Positions 52,675 through 63,195 of a stretch of DNA of 64,000 nt are shown here, piece after piece. Position 1 is the stretch's first letter, and each line of letters opens with the position of its first letter. The stretch is from contig CAWJQQ010000001.1 in NCBI GenBank assembly GCA_963845065.1, positions 64,001 through 128,000 on the forward strand, given 5' to 3'. The notes under the pieces are model-generated. The model made no database searches. It saw only the letters and a list, made by a program, of their open reading frames with translations, and was not told the origin of the DNA. The DNA comes from Nitrospirota bacterium. GTDB taxonomy: Bacteria > Nitrospirota > UBA9217. Made by a program: the position numbers and the translations under genes.

Positions 52675-53031
52675 ATGGTCAATATCTCCTTTGTGCTAAA
52701 TGTCGTCTTCTACCGTCCTGAGTCGGGCAATGAGCCGGTCCGGGAATGGTTAAAAGAGCTTCCTCGCGAGGACAAGAAGCTTATTGGAGAAGATATTAAA
52801 ACCGCGCAAATCGGATGGCCTATTGGGATGCCGTTGATCGAAAAACTCGACACGACTTTGTGGGAAGTGCGAACAAAACTAAAAAAAGGCATTGCTCGCG
52901 TTTTATTTACAGTCGACGGAAACTACATGATTTTATTGCACGGCTTCATTAAAAAAACACTGAAGATTCCCGAACATGAGCTAGAGACGGCACTAGTACG
53001 TCTCCGCAAATATAAAAGAGGTGCTAAATGA
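52675..53031 (+). CDS. RelE/Gp49-like (DUF891) toxin
   Basis: FY..SGNEPVREWL..GWPIGMP..LWEVR..LLHGFIKK; promoter TTGACA-N17-TACAAT with GTACCA..TGGTAC operator. Confidence 0.9.
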   Translation: MVNISFVLNVVFYRPESGNEPVREWLKELPREDKKLIGEDIKTAQIGWPIGMPLIEKLDTTLWEVRTKLKKGIARVLFTVDGNYMILLHGFIKKTLKIPEHELETALVRLRKYKRGAK

Positions 53032-53309
53032 AAAACATGCATAGAGGTAGCAGTTTCGATGATTTCCTTGGGCAAGAAGGACTCCGCGCGGGTGCGGAAG
53101 CGGTTGCTATCAAGAGAGCTATTTCTCATCAGATAGAAATGGAAATGAAGAGAGCAAAAATATCAAAATCGAAAATGACCATAAAAATGCGGACGAGCCG
53201 TTCCGCTTTAGACAGGCTTCTTGACCCATCCAACGTATCAGTTACTCTTCAGACCCTTGAAAAAGCTGCCAGTGCTTTGGGAAAACAACTTAAAATTAAA
53301 CTGGCATAA
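53028..53309 (+). CDS. XRE/HTH antitoxin
   Basis: HRGSSFDDFL..MRTSRSALDRLLDP..TLQTL..A.ALGK. Confidence 0.88.
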   Translation: MKNMHRGSSFDDFLGQEGLRAGAEAVAIKRAISHQIEMEMKRAKISKSKMTIKMRTSRSALDRLLDPSNVSVTLQTLEKAASALGKQLKIKLA

Positions 53310-53447
53310 ATTCAGCGGTCGCCTTTTGAAACCTCGGTCTGAGGGAAAATAATCTTTCCGCGAAATAGATCGTCGCCCAAGAAATAGCTGTAAAGTGTGT
53401 CCGCAGCAGCCTTGGCTCAGGTCAATCGGTGCAGGTCCCGCTGGTGA

Positions 53448-53615
53448 CTCAAGCCTCGAAGTTTGCCAGTTTATCCGGCCACTCCAGTGTCTTCCAAATG
53501 ACTGTCCTGTTACCGTCCTGTTAAATCAAAGCGCTTTTTTGCGAGCCCTAAATCCTTGAATTGCTGAGGCGAAACAATAGGGCATTGCAACCCCTTGGGG
53601 TTGCGCACCAAAAAA
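53448..53615 (+). repeat. att-like unit A7
   Basis: CTCAAGC-CTCGAAGT.. degenerate tRNA; TGTCCTGTTACCGTCCTGTTAA; TAAATCCTTGAAT; core CCTTGGGG-TTGCGCA-CCAAAAAA. Confidence 0.8.
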
Positions 53616-53746
53616 GATTTCTTGGAAGCGATATATGCATGATCTTTACTGAAACTTGACTAAAGAAACCCCGCTGTATATTCCAGTTGAAAAGTGACTA
53701 CATTTATGCTATTATGGTGACCACATAATTCATATAAGGAGATCAC

Positions 53747-54007
53747 ATGATATCCGTTGGGATAAAAGAATTGAAGGAAAAATTGAGCGGTTATGTGGAT
53801 AAAGTGCGCCATGGCGAAGAGATCGTGGTAACGGACCGCGGAAGAGAAATTGCCCTGCTCACACCCATTTCACGGGAGCGGGGAGCGATTAAGGAACTCG
53901 TGGAAACTGGCAAGGTTAAGTGGGCAGGTGGAAAGCCGGCAGGTTTACGGTGCATTAAGACAAAAGGGAAGCCTCTTTCGAAGACAATCCTGGAGGAGCG
54001 ACGTTGA
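53747..54007 (+). CDS. Phd/YefM antitoxin
   Basis: VGIKELK..LS.YV..V..GEEIVVT.RG..IA.L.P. Confidence 0.9.
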   Translation: MISVGIKELKEKLSGYVDKVRHGEEIVVTDRGREIALLTPISRERGAIKELVETGKVKWAGGKPAGLRCIKTKGKPLSKTILEERR

Positions 54008-54429
54008 TCCTTTATCTTGATACAAGCAGCATTGTGAAGCTCTATCTTGCAGAGGCTCACTCCGGCGATGTTCGAGGATGGTCGGAAGAGGCAGAGATCG
54101 TGGCAACCTGTCGTCTAGCCTACCCGGAAATGGTATCAGCGTTAACCAGACGCTACTGTGGCGGAGATCTATCAAAGCCGGACTATGAGCTGCTCTTGAA
54201 GACTTTCGATGCGGAATGGTCGCATTTTGCCGTGGTTGATTTCGACGAAATCGCCGCGGGACGTTTGGCGGAGAAACACGGATTGCGGGGATTTGATGCT
54301 GTTCACCTTGCCACCGCAAAACAACTGAAGTATTTCCAACCCCATATCTCCCTTGCTTTTTCATCCTTTGATGGTGACCTCAATAAAGCGGCGGCAGCTG
54401 AAAAACTGACTGTGTTAGAGCCGAAATAA
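54004..54429 (+). CDS. VapC PIN-domain toxin
   Basis: YLDTSSIVK, E, LRGFDAVHLA, SFD. Confidence 0.9.
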   Translation: MILYLDTSSIVKLYLAEAHSGDVRGWSEEAEIVATCRLAYPEMVSALTRRYCGGDLSKPDYELLLKTFDAEWSHFAVVDFDEIAAGRLAEKHGLRGFDAVHLATAKQLKYFQPHISLAFSSFDGDLNKAAAAEKLTVLEPK

Positions 54430-54508
54430 CAACCGACTAAACAGTAATCTTTCTTCAATTCCAGGCGATCCAGGAAAAATTCCTAAGCTAAACCCCCGGC
54501 TGGGTCTC

Positions 54509-54667
54509 TGCCAACTACTAATGTCGTAAGTCCCATCCGCGATCCACTTTATATCTGTCCTTATACTGTTCTGTTGGACCAAAGCACTTATGTAGTAGTT
54601 CCAAGTCCCTGATTTACTGGGTCGAGAAAATGAGATCTTTCACCCCTTGGGGTGATCTGCCCGAGGG
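54509..54667 (+). repeat. att-like unit A8
   Basis: TGTCCTTATACTGTTCTGTT; CAAGTCCCTGATT; core CCTTGGGG-TGATCTG-CCCGAGGG. Confidence 0.8.
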
Positions 54668-55141
54668 TCATTTTATGACGGTGTGCACTTTTTTGCATTG
54701 CAGAGACTCACAGTTCTTTGATTGTCTGGCACGAGATGAACAGACTATGCCGCGCGCATTCCATTGATGTGGTTTGATCTCGTTGATTAGTTATATAAGG
54801 TGGATATCATCTAATACCTAAGTAGCTTAATAAATAGATCTAAAAAAGGTCGATGGTGTTTATTCTGCTCCCATTCGATGGTTACTTTGTTAATGATTCT
54901 CTTTGTGTTTCCAATGCATTCCGGATATGTGAGCTGTCTAAGGCCATGCAGAAAAAGTTGAATAAATTGTATGGGTAAAGGTAATAGGATTGCTCACGAT
55001 TTCTTAAAACAAAAAAGCAGGCTGGATTTCAGCCTGCTTTCATGTCAGTTGATGCATCATCCTGTTGTTCTGTAGCTACAAAAAAATCGCATCGCTCTGT
55101 TAAAATTGAGAACAATTAATGTAGCTCCTTACGGCATTATG

Positions 55142-55411
55142 TCAAAAAACGGTAATACCATTCTTCCATTCCCGGCTCGGTTCCATCTTCCGTAAACCGC
55201 CTGCAGCTGAACCTTCCGCATATACCACCGGGCGAATGTCAAATGCAGTAATCCCGTTCCCTAAGGTGAGACCCAGTGCGAGATCATGTGATGGAGGAAC
55301 AACCTTTTCAAACGCCGTAATGCCATTATACTCACCAGCGCTCATAGCATATGCAGTTCCGAAACTAAGTGCAATTACCAGAACGCTCATTATGATTAGT
55401 ATCTTTTTCAT
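55142..55411 (-). CDS. small secreted hypothetical protein
   Basis: signal peptide ending AYA; three NGIT(A/V)F motifs. Confidence 0.65.
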   Translation of the reverse strand: MKKILIIMSVLVIALSFGTAYAMSAGEYNGITAFEKVVPPSHDLALGLTLGNGITAFDIRPVVYAEGSAAGGLRKMEPSREWKNGITVF

Positions 55412-55854
55412 ATCAATCGCCTCTTTTCCTTTGGACTTTATCAAACCTTGCTATAAGCATATCACAGCTTTTGCAATTGTCAAGTGACTATGCAACTTTG
55501 CAACTAAGCGACTGCCTGATCAGGATCGATCCTGCCCCACCCAAAGGCCTGAGCCACGTGCTGTGTTCTCCTTTTGGATAGATCGAATACTCTTAGAAAT
55601 ATGAAAACAAGCAAACACCCTTATCGAATCCCTCGAGATATTCCAATTCATGCTTACCAGTTATTCCGGGAATTTATCAATGGGAAAATGGTGATGTGGA
55701 GGCGCTGGGTAGGATTACGTCGGAGATTGTTCCGCCTTCTCGTCCCTCAATACCTATAACAAATCTTTGCACTGTATGCCGGGGTAAAAAGTGAGAACTT
55801 TATCAACAAGGCGGGCGTGTCCCCCCATTGATTTATTAAGCCACTATTGGTTTG

Positions 55855-56646
55855 TTAAATACCGACTTCAATGTCATTCCATCCATTCCTTTTCAACATC
55901 CTCCTGCACGTTGAGAGCGCTTTTTCTGCAGTATTAATAGTGTCCGTTATATGCAGTAAATGGACTTTGCGAGGAAGAGTCTCCGAATTGCTCAAAATCT
56001 CTTCTAGCATTGCACTACACTGGGCATTTGAAATGTGATTATTACGAATATGATTTTCTTTTATATATTCTGGAATACCGACATTCTTATCGAGCATTCC
56101 ATCGTCGTGATCTGATTCAATAAATATGACGTCAGAATTCCTGAATAACTCTTTAATATGATCAGTCGGATATCTGAAATCAGTTGCATATACTATTTTC
56201 TTTATCTTATCCGGCATCTTTTTTTTGAAAACATATCCATAACAGCCACCCTCAGCGTCATGCTTTAGATTAAAAGCTTTGATAGCATAATCGCCGATAC
56301 TAAATTCTGTACGAACGCTGATAGCATGAATATGGTTCATTACAAGCTGTTTGAATTCTTCTTTGGTGGCTGCAACTGCAATTTTTTTTACCTCGTCATT
56401 GCAGTAAATCGGAATGCCATTAGCAGCTAATTTTCTGAGCATTGCTTCATTCATGTGGTCAGAATGTGTGATTACTGCACCGGTTATCTGTTCTATTGTC
56501 ATGTTTATATCGCTGAGACTCTTCTCAAGCACTTTCGGTCCCGCCCCACAATCGACGAGGATGAGATTCGTCTTGTCCATAATAATTGATGAGTTGCTTT
56601 TGCCACTCCGCACGATAGCAGTGTAACTACCGTCGTTTAATTCCAT
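55855..56646 (-). CDS. MBL-fold metallo-hydrolase (YycJ/WalJ-like)
   Basis: SG..NS, LVDCG, THSDH, HDA, ATD, ESDHD, HISN, LLH. Confidence 0.8.
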   Translation of the reverse strand: MELNDGSYTAIVRSGKSNSSIIMDKTNLILVDCGAGPKVLEKSLSDINMTIEQITGAVITHSDHMNEAMLRKLAANGIPIYCNDEVKKIAVAATKEEFKQLVMNHIHAISVRTEFSIGDYAIKAFNLKHDAEGGCYGYVFKKKMPDKIKKIVYATDFRYPTDHIKELFRNSDVIFIESDHDDGMLDKNVGIPEYIKENHIRNNHISNAQCSAMLEEILSNSETLPRKVHLLHITDTINTAEKALSTCRRMLKRNGWNDIEVGI

Positions 56647-56823
56647 TGAATTCCCCCGCAATCGTTATGGGTTATTAACATCGGTTACATGCTTTCTTCC
56701 CGCAGCACTCTTCTCCCTCCGCGATACCGGTGATAATAAAACCTGATGCCGATGTCCTTAATTATTGAGCATTAGAAAAGAGTATTGTAACCTCGTCGTT
56801 ATCGTATCTTCTTCGCTGTTTTT

Positions 56824-57174
56824 TTATTCCTTTTTTTTCTTGGCCTTCTTCTTCGCAACTTTCTTTTTAAGGCCTTTTTTCGCCGCCTTTTTCGTGGCCT
56901 TCTTCTTCGCTGCCGGAACCTTCACTTCAATCGTTTTCAGACTGCAGCAATATACGGGTTCATCGTATACTTCTCCGGTCCTAGACACCTCGATCTTTCT
57001 ACCGCATACCCTGCATTCGTAATGCCTGATCTTCTTTGCTGCCGGAGCATTGACTTCAATCGTTTCCAGACCGCAGCAATATGCGGGTTCCTCGTATACT
57101 TCTCCGGTCCTAGACAACTCGATCTTTCTGCCGCATACTCTGCACTCGTACTGCTTGGATCTCTTAATAGCCAT
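56824..57174 (-). CDS. protein with duplicated CxxC..CC metal-binding module and Lys/Ala-rich tail
   Basis: YECRVCG..YCC twice; tail KKKATKKAAKK..; AAGGAGG RBS. Confidence 0.75.
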   Translation of the reverse strand: MAIKRSKQYECRVCGRKIELSRTGEVYEEPAYCCGLETIEVNAPAAKKIRHYECRVCGRKIEVSRTGEVYDEPVYCCSLKTIEVKVPAAKKKATKKAAKKGLKKKVAKKKAKKKKE

Positions 57175-57573
57175 CTGTCACACCCTCCTTATCCAATCCT
57201 AACCCTAGTAGATCCTTGTCAGGGGAAAAGAACATACTTTACCAATATAAGCTTTACTTCGGTGATTCGCTGACTTACCGATGCCAACCCGTCTTCCTAG
57301 CTGCGATCACAATCCGCACACACGTCTTGGCGTCCGAGGCTGCCTTATTGATATTGAAGAGGGATTTTCAGATGCCTAAAAACATCTGGTAACTTAGCGG
57401 GGTACACCTGCAAAATAGTACGTGCTGATTCCACAGTGCATGCGAAAGGTTGTGAGGGCCGGCGTAGGCGATGCGTTCGGCAATACGATTGCAACACCCG
57501 GTGGTCTAATGATGCATTGCGAGCAGCAAAAAAATTAGCATCACAAAAGATCGCCTACCATCATTACTTGTTA

Positions 57574-58080
57574 TCATATCGCTTGTTTACGCTTTTGTCT
57601 CGCCTGGTATACGATAAACGAAAGATAACCTACGACTCCGGCATTGACGATCAGGAGAACAATTTTCGGCCACGTTACCCCGCGCGCGATCTCGAATATT
57701 TCGAGGAGAACATATATCCCACCTGTAAGAAGGCCGTACCATTCGCCCCACCACCGGCCGTGCCAGAGACCATAAGCTTCGACAAAGCGAGCTAACGCGT
57801 AGAGAAGGGCACAGATCGCTAATACCCAAAGCTGCACATCGGTCACGTGATCGGCCAAGTCGAGAAATATACGGGGGTAGCGGTTGGCCGGATTTAAATG
57901 GAAGTGCCGGACAAGCCGCTCAGCAGCCAGGTGAAGGTCCTTATGAAGATACTCCAATAACCCGAATCCGGTCAGTAAGATAAGCAGCCCTTTTGCTGCC
58001 TCACAGAGGGACACGATGCGAAGACCGCCTTGTACGCGGTCATATTTATTGACAGTTCTCACAAGCATATACCTATTCAA
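57574..58080 (-). CDS. DUF2127-like membrane protein
   Basis: EAAKG, YA..RFVEAYGLW..W.EW, EIFE. Confidence 0.8.
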   Translation of the reverse strand: MNRYMLVRTVNKYDRVQGGLRIVSLCEAAKGLLILLTGFGLLEYLHKDLHLAAERLVRHFHLNPANRYPRIFLDLADHVTDVQLWVLAICALLYALARFVEAYGLWHGRWWGEWYGLLTGGIYVLLEIFEIARGVTWPKIVLLIVNAGVVGYLSFIVYQARQKRKQAI

Positions 58081-58582
58081 TGGATCTAGTCAAAAAGCAG
58101 AGAACCGTTGCTCTCATTATGATAAACTATGTAATTTAATTTCAGGATAGTGGCTGACCTTCCTATGCCCATAAAGTCCGTTGTTCCGCAGATATATTGG
58201 AAAATAAGTATTTCAATTCCGTATGTATTTCCTTTGATGTGAACGGTTTTAACAAAACACCTTATGCTCCTTGAAATATGCGTCAAGCCCTGCTCTCAGC
58301 TAGAACCGTACTTAAAATGTAGCATAAATATCGGTCGCTGTCTCGATCAGCGCAAGCATTTGAGTGCTCTCGTCTTTCTGAGGCATAGAATCCAATATAT
58401 CACTACCATATATAATGCTAACGAACACGCATTGATAAGTGAAGTGTTGCTGATAATGCAAATTTCAACTGCTTCAGAATATAGTTGCGTTTTTATAGTG
58501 ATATAAAAAAAAGATTATAATCAGAAATTAACGTCAAAAAAAGCATATTGCCTTAGAAAATAAGCACATCATTTCCATGTAA

Positions 58583-58714
58583 CGTCAAGGTTCATATCCC
58601 TGAAGGTCGAAGGAAAGAATCCGGCACCCGCTACCAAATAATTCAAGGGTTACAGTTCTTACTGTTACCCCGTTTCTTTTTATCAGGATAGTATCGGAAC
58701 AGTTATAGGACAGA
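58583..58714 (+). repeat. att-like unit B4 (paralogue of B1)
   Basis: TTCATAT-CCCTGAAGGTCGAAGGAAAGAATCCGGCACCCGCTACCA, hairpin, three arms. Confidence 0.88.
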
Positions 58715-59176
58715 TAGAAACCCTCACGGTTCAGCCAGCCTATCCGCAAATTTCTCTTACATGCTGACAAACTGCACATATCATAAAACTGTTATCGGCT
58801 CAGTAAAGATTTACAAAAAAAGTGCTGGTTAATATGTCTGTAAAACCGGCTGACTCCTGAAAAAGAACATTTTCTAAAATCTTCGAGCTAACGGCTGAAT
58901 AACAAAGCCTTTTTGATCGCCTAACTGCTCTAAAGGAAAAGAACAGACTTGAACAGGAAAAAATACCTCACTCGTATGTTGTAAGCAAATTACGACAACT
59001 GATCGGGTAGCGATTCAGACGCGGGTTTAAGCAGTACCGGAAAATACTCGTTGACTGATATTGAGAACTGACATAGACCATTGACGTTAATTCAAGTTGT
59101 AATATTGTTTACCACATATCAAATAAACCTGTATCCAGATATTATTCTTCAATTACTCAGATTCAATTCACCAACA
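58715..59176 (+). pseudogene. internally deleted second copy of the Wadjet module
   Basis: 58715-58886 matches 8105-8277; 58888-59176 matches 15079-15370 (end of jetD and downstream). Confidence 0.9.
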
Positions 59177-59184
59177 GTAATAAG

Positions 59185-59406
59185 CTTGCTGACAGAATTG
59201 TATCCGCGAAACAGAAAGCCGTCGAGAGGCGAACACTTCTACGTATGGCCGGAATCGATATATCAGCGTTAACTAATATGGATCTGGTGGACGCAGCGCT
59301 CTGCGCTCTTACGGCACAGCATCTTGTGGCAGGCAGCATTAAAACATATGGAGATATCACAGATGGTTTTATTGTTGTCCCCGCCGATAGACTGAGTGAA
59401 GTCTGA
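59185..59406 (+). pseudogene. DUF429-like C-terminal fragment
   Basis: DLVDAALCALTA..YGD..DGFIVVP. Confidence 0.65.
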
Positions 59407-59469
59407 GAATTTAAAGTTCTATCTGGATATTTATGGTTTTATTTCCAGATCTGCCTTATCATGACTGAC

Positions 59470-59597
59470 TATCGTGTTCACAACTCGAAGGTCGTCGGTT
59501 CAAATCCGCCCCCGCTACCAATAAACACAAGTGGTTACAGCATGAGCTGTATCCCCTATTTTTTTATCAGGATAGTATCAGGACAGTTACAGGATAC
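59470..59597 (+). repeat. att-like unit B5
   Basis: TTCACAA-CTCGAAGGTCGTCGGTTCAAATCCGCCCCCGCTACCA; ATCAGGATAG/ATCAGGACAG/TACAGGATAC arms. Confidence 0.88.
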
Positions 59598-59793
59598 CCA
59601 ATGGAATACCTACAGCTTTTCCAATTCATTATTACTGGATTTTCGGGAAATCTTCCAATTTCTGAGCGCCAACCAGTGCACAATACTAAATGTAATTTAG
59701 CATCTTAAAGAAACTCTAGATCTTAACCGATACACCTACAAACTTGCAGTCCTGCTGACAAAATTTCAATACAGACTATTGATTGATAATTAC

Positions 59794-59849
59794 ATTCAAC
59801 GCTCCGGTTCGGCGGCGATAGCACCGTCCGGTGAAACCGGTCGTTAGGC
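59794..59849 (-). other. attC site
   Basis: GCCTAAC (contains stop)-GACCGGTTTCACCGGACGG..CCGCCGAACCGGAGC-GTTGAAT. Confidence 0.8.
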
Positions 59850-60512
59850 GTCAATACGCTTCTTACGCCGGAGTACAACATGGGTGGCTTTCTCCGACGC
59901 CACGAATTGGACGCATTCGTATCCTAGAGCTCGCAGGTCAACGGCTTCAAACAGTCGTTCTCCTCCACCTAGCAGGATCGGAGCGATAACGAAGTGCAGC
60001 TCATCAATGAGACTCGCACGAAGGTACTGCTGTATGGTGTTAGGTCCACCGCCAATGCGTACGTCCATCCCATTGGCCACATCGCGCGCCTGGTCAAGCG
60101 CTGCGTGAATGTCGTCTGTGACGAAGTGGAATGTCGTATTGCCTTCCATCTGGATGGGCGGGCGCGCGTGATGAGTCAAGATGAAGACTGGAACGTGATA
60201 GGGTGGGTTGTCCCCCCACCAACCTTTCCAGTTCATGTCGGGCCAGGGACCACGAATCGGTCCGAACATGTTCCTTCCGAGAATCCAAGCGCCAACTTTA
60301 TTAAAGCCTCGCGCGGCGAACTCGTTATCAATCCCCGTTGTGCCACCGTCGGCGCCAAATAAGGCACGCTGGAACGTGCGCGTCGGGAGTGCCCACTGGT
60401 GCAAAGCTGTCCCACCCACGCCGAGCGGATTATTGATGTCCTGACCTGGACCAGCTCCGTATCCGTCAAGCGAGATGGTAAAGCTCTCAACTCGGACCCG
60501 TGTCATTTTCAT
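59844..60512 (-). CDS. DHFR/RibD C-terminal family protein (integron cassette)
   Basis: ISLDGY, ILGRNMF, WWGDNPPYH.PVF, GG, LIDELH; 13-bp IR GTTAGGCGTCAAT/ATTGACGCCTAAC at cassette ends. Confidence 0.92.
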   Translation of the reverse strand: MKMTRVRVESFTISLDGYGAGPGQDINNPLGVGGTALHQWALPTRTFQRALFGADGGTTGIDNEFAARGFNKVGAWILGRNMFGPIRGPWPDMNWKGWWGDNPPYHVPVFILTHHARPPIQMEGNTTFHFVTDDIHAALDQARDVANGMDVRIGGGPNTIQQYLRASLIDELHFVIAPILLGGGERLFEAVDLRALGYECVQFVASEKATHVVLRRKKRIDA

Positions 60513-61049
60513 GCCTCCATTTGGATTGACGCCTAACCAGTAATTGAGCAGGTCTGTCCAATATCACGAATCCCATGTTATCCAGCTAAGCAATGAACAT
60601 CCCAAGGTATTCGCACTGCTTTATTAACTTTTGTATTCCTGATTCAAGGTTATGTCAAAGCTACTGAATGGAGAAAAAAATAGGTAGCTGACTGCAATAA
60701 ACTGGTTGAATATTACCTTGGTTCAAGAAGGGAAACTTCGTGTGCATCAGGATGATGCTGTTGACAGAAAACCTTATCACAAAATGCATGATACAAAATG
60801 AATTTTGCACCTTCACCAATATTATACGAAACTAACCTTCACCTACAAGCTTGTAGCCGTGTTGACGAAATATCTATGCACAATACTAGATGATAATCGT
60901 AATGGCCAGACTGATGGCGAGGTTATTGCGACCCGCTCAAGCCGCATGGTTAAGATTCTTCTTTTTATGTTTCCGGATTGGCAATAAGTTCGGAGTTTGC
61001 TTAGAAAGTTACTTTGACAAGCAGCACCCCCTTGCTCAGCGTTTGTACG

Positions 61050-61355
61050 TCATGCAGCTTTTTTTACTATTTGCCGCGCTGACTCGAACGCATCCCTCAG
61101 CTCATGCTTCGCCGTCACGACGCCCGCTTCCGAGGCCGGCCAGAGGTCTGCAGCAGATCTCTGCAGCTCCCGCAGTTTGCTCGACAGCAGGTCGCACTTC
61201 GCCTGTAGGTTCTGGATACTTTGATCATACTCTGCCTGGAGATCGCTCGGTCCTCTTGAAGCCCTGACTTTGTATGCTTCGATCGTTTTCGACCATACCC
61301 TTATGTCCCTTGCCATCCTGGCTATATATTTCTCCCTCTCCATCTTCATCTCCAA
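61050..61355 (-). CDS. coiled-coil hypothetical protein
   Basis: YI..M...W...I...L..L......W...G...A..EL..AF pattern. Confidence 0.65.
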   Translation of the reverse strand: MEMKMEREKYIARMARDIRVWSKTIEAYKVRASRGPSDLQAEYDQSIQNLQAKCDLLSSKLRELQRSAADLWPASEAGVVTAKHELRDAFESARQIVKKAA

Positions 61356-61393
61356 TCCTCTCTCTTCTTTGCAGCCACCTCATCCTCTTACTA

Positions 61394-63195
61394 CCTGAAT
61401 CTTGCATCAAAACGTAGTTCCCCCGACTCGTCGGGTTTGTTTTGATTCCCGCATCTTCCGCTTACCCTTCGACAGCTTTCATTTCATCTTAACTGCCGCA
61501 TTCCTCATCGCATAAGGCAGAAAAGCACAATTCCAAGCTTCTCAGCCTATATTGTGCAAGAAATTTCTTGCACAATTGCATCATGAAGAATTTTCAGCGG
61601 GTTGCAGCCTCATAACCTCCATGTGCCGGCATTGCCACTGACCGCCATCAAGCCACGGGCGCACCTGATTGCGTAGCTGATCAAGATGCTCCATGAAGCT
61701 AAAGAGTCCTGCTACCCTGTTGTCGTGTTCGGAGTACCGCGCCTTCGTCGTATTGCCGCTCATGACCAGCTTTGTCGCGATCATGAGCAGCTTCAACCGA
61801 GCGATTTTGATGGTGTTGTCCTGAATGCCGCTCAAGGCGGTGACTGCCGCGTTATCTTGAGTGCGTTTCTGCTTCTCGCTGAATTCTGCGAGCATCTTGA
61901 ACGATCTCCAACTGTTGTAGGCCAAAAGAACGATCTGAAAATATGCGTAGTTGTTCATGAACCGACGCGTGGGAATAGCCGACAGTCCCTCTCGCTTTAC
62001 TTCGCCGATCTGGTTCTCGCAATCTGCCCGCTTGTCATACTCGCTGATAGCCTGATGAGACTTGCCTGGATGATTGGTGACAAATTGCCGATACGTAAAA
62101 CCACCGTCTTCCAAAAGCTCAAGCTGCGTGTCTCCCTTGCCTGATTTCTTTCCCGGAATACGCATTGAGACGAAACGGCGTTCTCCCGGCCATCCCGTCG
62201 GTTTATACCAGCACTCATTGTATTCTACGCTATCGATTTTGTGCACCTTGTACCACATCTTGGAATCAAAGGGCGGCTTGCATCCTTTATTGCCGAAGAT
62301 GTACATGTGCCTTTCGTCTTCCGCAGCTTTAACCGCATCCCAACTGATGAACTCGCCGTCACCTCGAAGAATCACCTTTTTGACACAAGCAGGAAGGTAT
62401 TTCTTGATGCTCTTGATCACCTCCGCGACTTCTTTGCCAGAGATGGTCGCGCCCTTGCGAAGCTTTCCGACAAGATACTCTCGCGTCTCCTCAATGAAAC
62501 CCAGGACAGGACGAAATCCCTTTTTTCCCCGGTACCGGGTATTGTGTCCCTTGCGGCCGCCTTCCTGATCGCCAAAGATGGTCTCAACTGTCGTATCAAG
62601 ATTAACATGGATGACGCTGTAGCTGATCTCGCACAATTTCCAGACCCGTTCTCGTAGCGCCGCCATCACCAAAAGCAGCGACTTCCCTTGATTGATGCCC
62701 AAGGACGCAACGTATCGCCAGTAAGTCGTCACGTGCGGCAACTTGGACACGCCGAACAGGGCGCACACCATTGGATCCGTTTGTATGTATTGAAAATGCC
62801 ACAGCCGCGTGAATCCAATGAAAAGCAACACCAGAATCCCATACACTGCTTTATAATGTCCCTGGTCCGGCGTGCGGCCTGGTGGCTGATAAAATCCCTC
62901 GAAAACCTCCTGGAACTTTACCGCGTCCATGAACTTCTCTAACGCCAGCAGTCCGCCGAAGGGTGAAAGCCGTTCACTGCAATACTCGTAGCGCGTATTA
63001 GGGCTGATTTTAGCGGGTTCCGAATGGCCTTCATTTTGACCTTGATTCATGCCGTTTTTCGCGCTATGCTTCTTTTGTCGTTTAACCATATGGGTTACCT
63101 CCTGATATCATGGGTTGTTCGCGAGATAACCGCATTATATCAGTGTAACCTGTATGGTTTTATCTTTTTCACTCCATCAGCGTGCAGGATTCAGG
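61394..63195 (-). mobile_element. IS1380-family insertion sequence
   Basis: TIRs CCTGAATC(T/C)TGCA at both ends; 5-bp target duplication TACTA (61389-61393, 63196-63200). Confidence 0.92.
61581..63089 (-). CDS. IS1380-family DDE transposase
   Basis: SPFGGL, LDTTV..G.QEG, LRGDGEF, Y.KRA.CEN.I.E.K. Confidence 0.92.
   Translation of the reverse strand: MVKRQKKHSAKNGMNQGQNEGHSEPAKISPNTRYEYCSERLSPFGGLLALEKFMDAVKFQEVFEGFYQPPGRTPDQGHYKAVYGILVLLFIGFTRLWHFQYIQTDPMVCALFGVSKLPHVTTYWRYVASLGINQGKSLLLVMAALRERVWKLCEISYSVIHVNLDTTVETIFGDQEGGRKGHNTRYRGKKGFRPVLGFIEETREYLVGKLRKGATISGKEVAEVIKSIKKYLPACVKKVILRGDGEFISWDAVKAAEDERHMYIFGNKGCKPPFDSKMWYKVHKIDSVEYNECWYKPTGWPGERRFVSMRIPGKKSGKGDTQLELLEDGGFTYRQFVTNHPGKSHQAISEYDKRADCENQIGEVKREGLSAIPTRRFMNNYAYFQIVLLAYNSWRSFKMLAEFSEKQKRTQDNAAVTALSGIQDNTIKIARLKLLMIATKLVMSGNTTKARYSEHDNRVAGLFSFMEHLDQLRNQVRPWLDGGQWQCRHMEVMRLQPAENSS

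Noticed and set aside
61551..61576. 26-bp perfect palindrome ATTGTGCAAGAAATTTCTTGCACAAT
   Set aside because: Inside IS1380 just after the transposase stop; most simply an IS-internal terminator-like hairpin.
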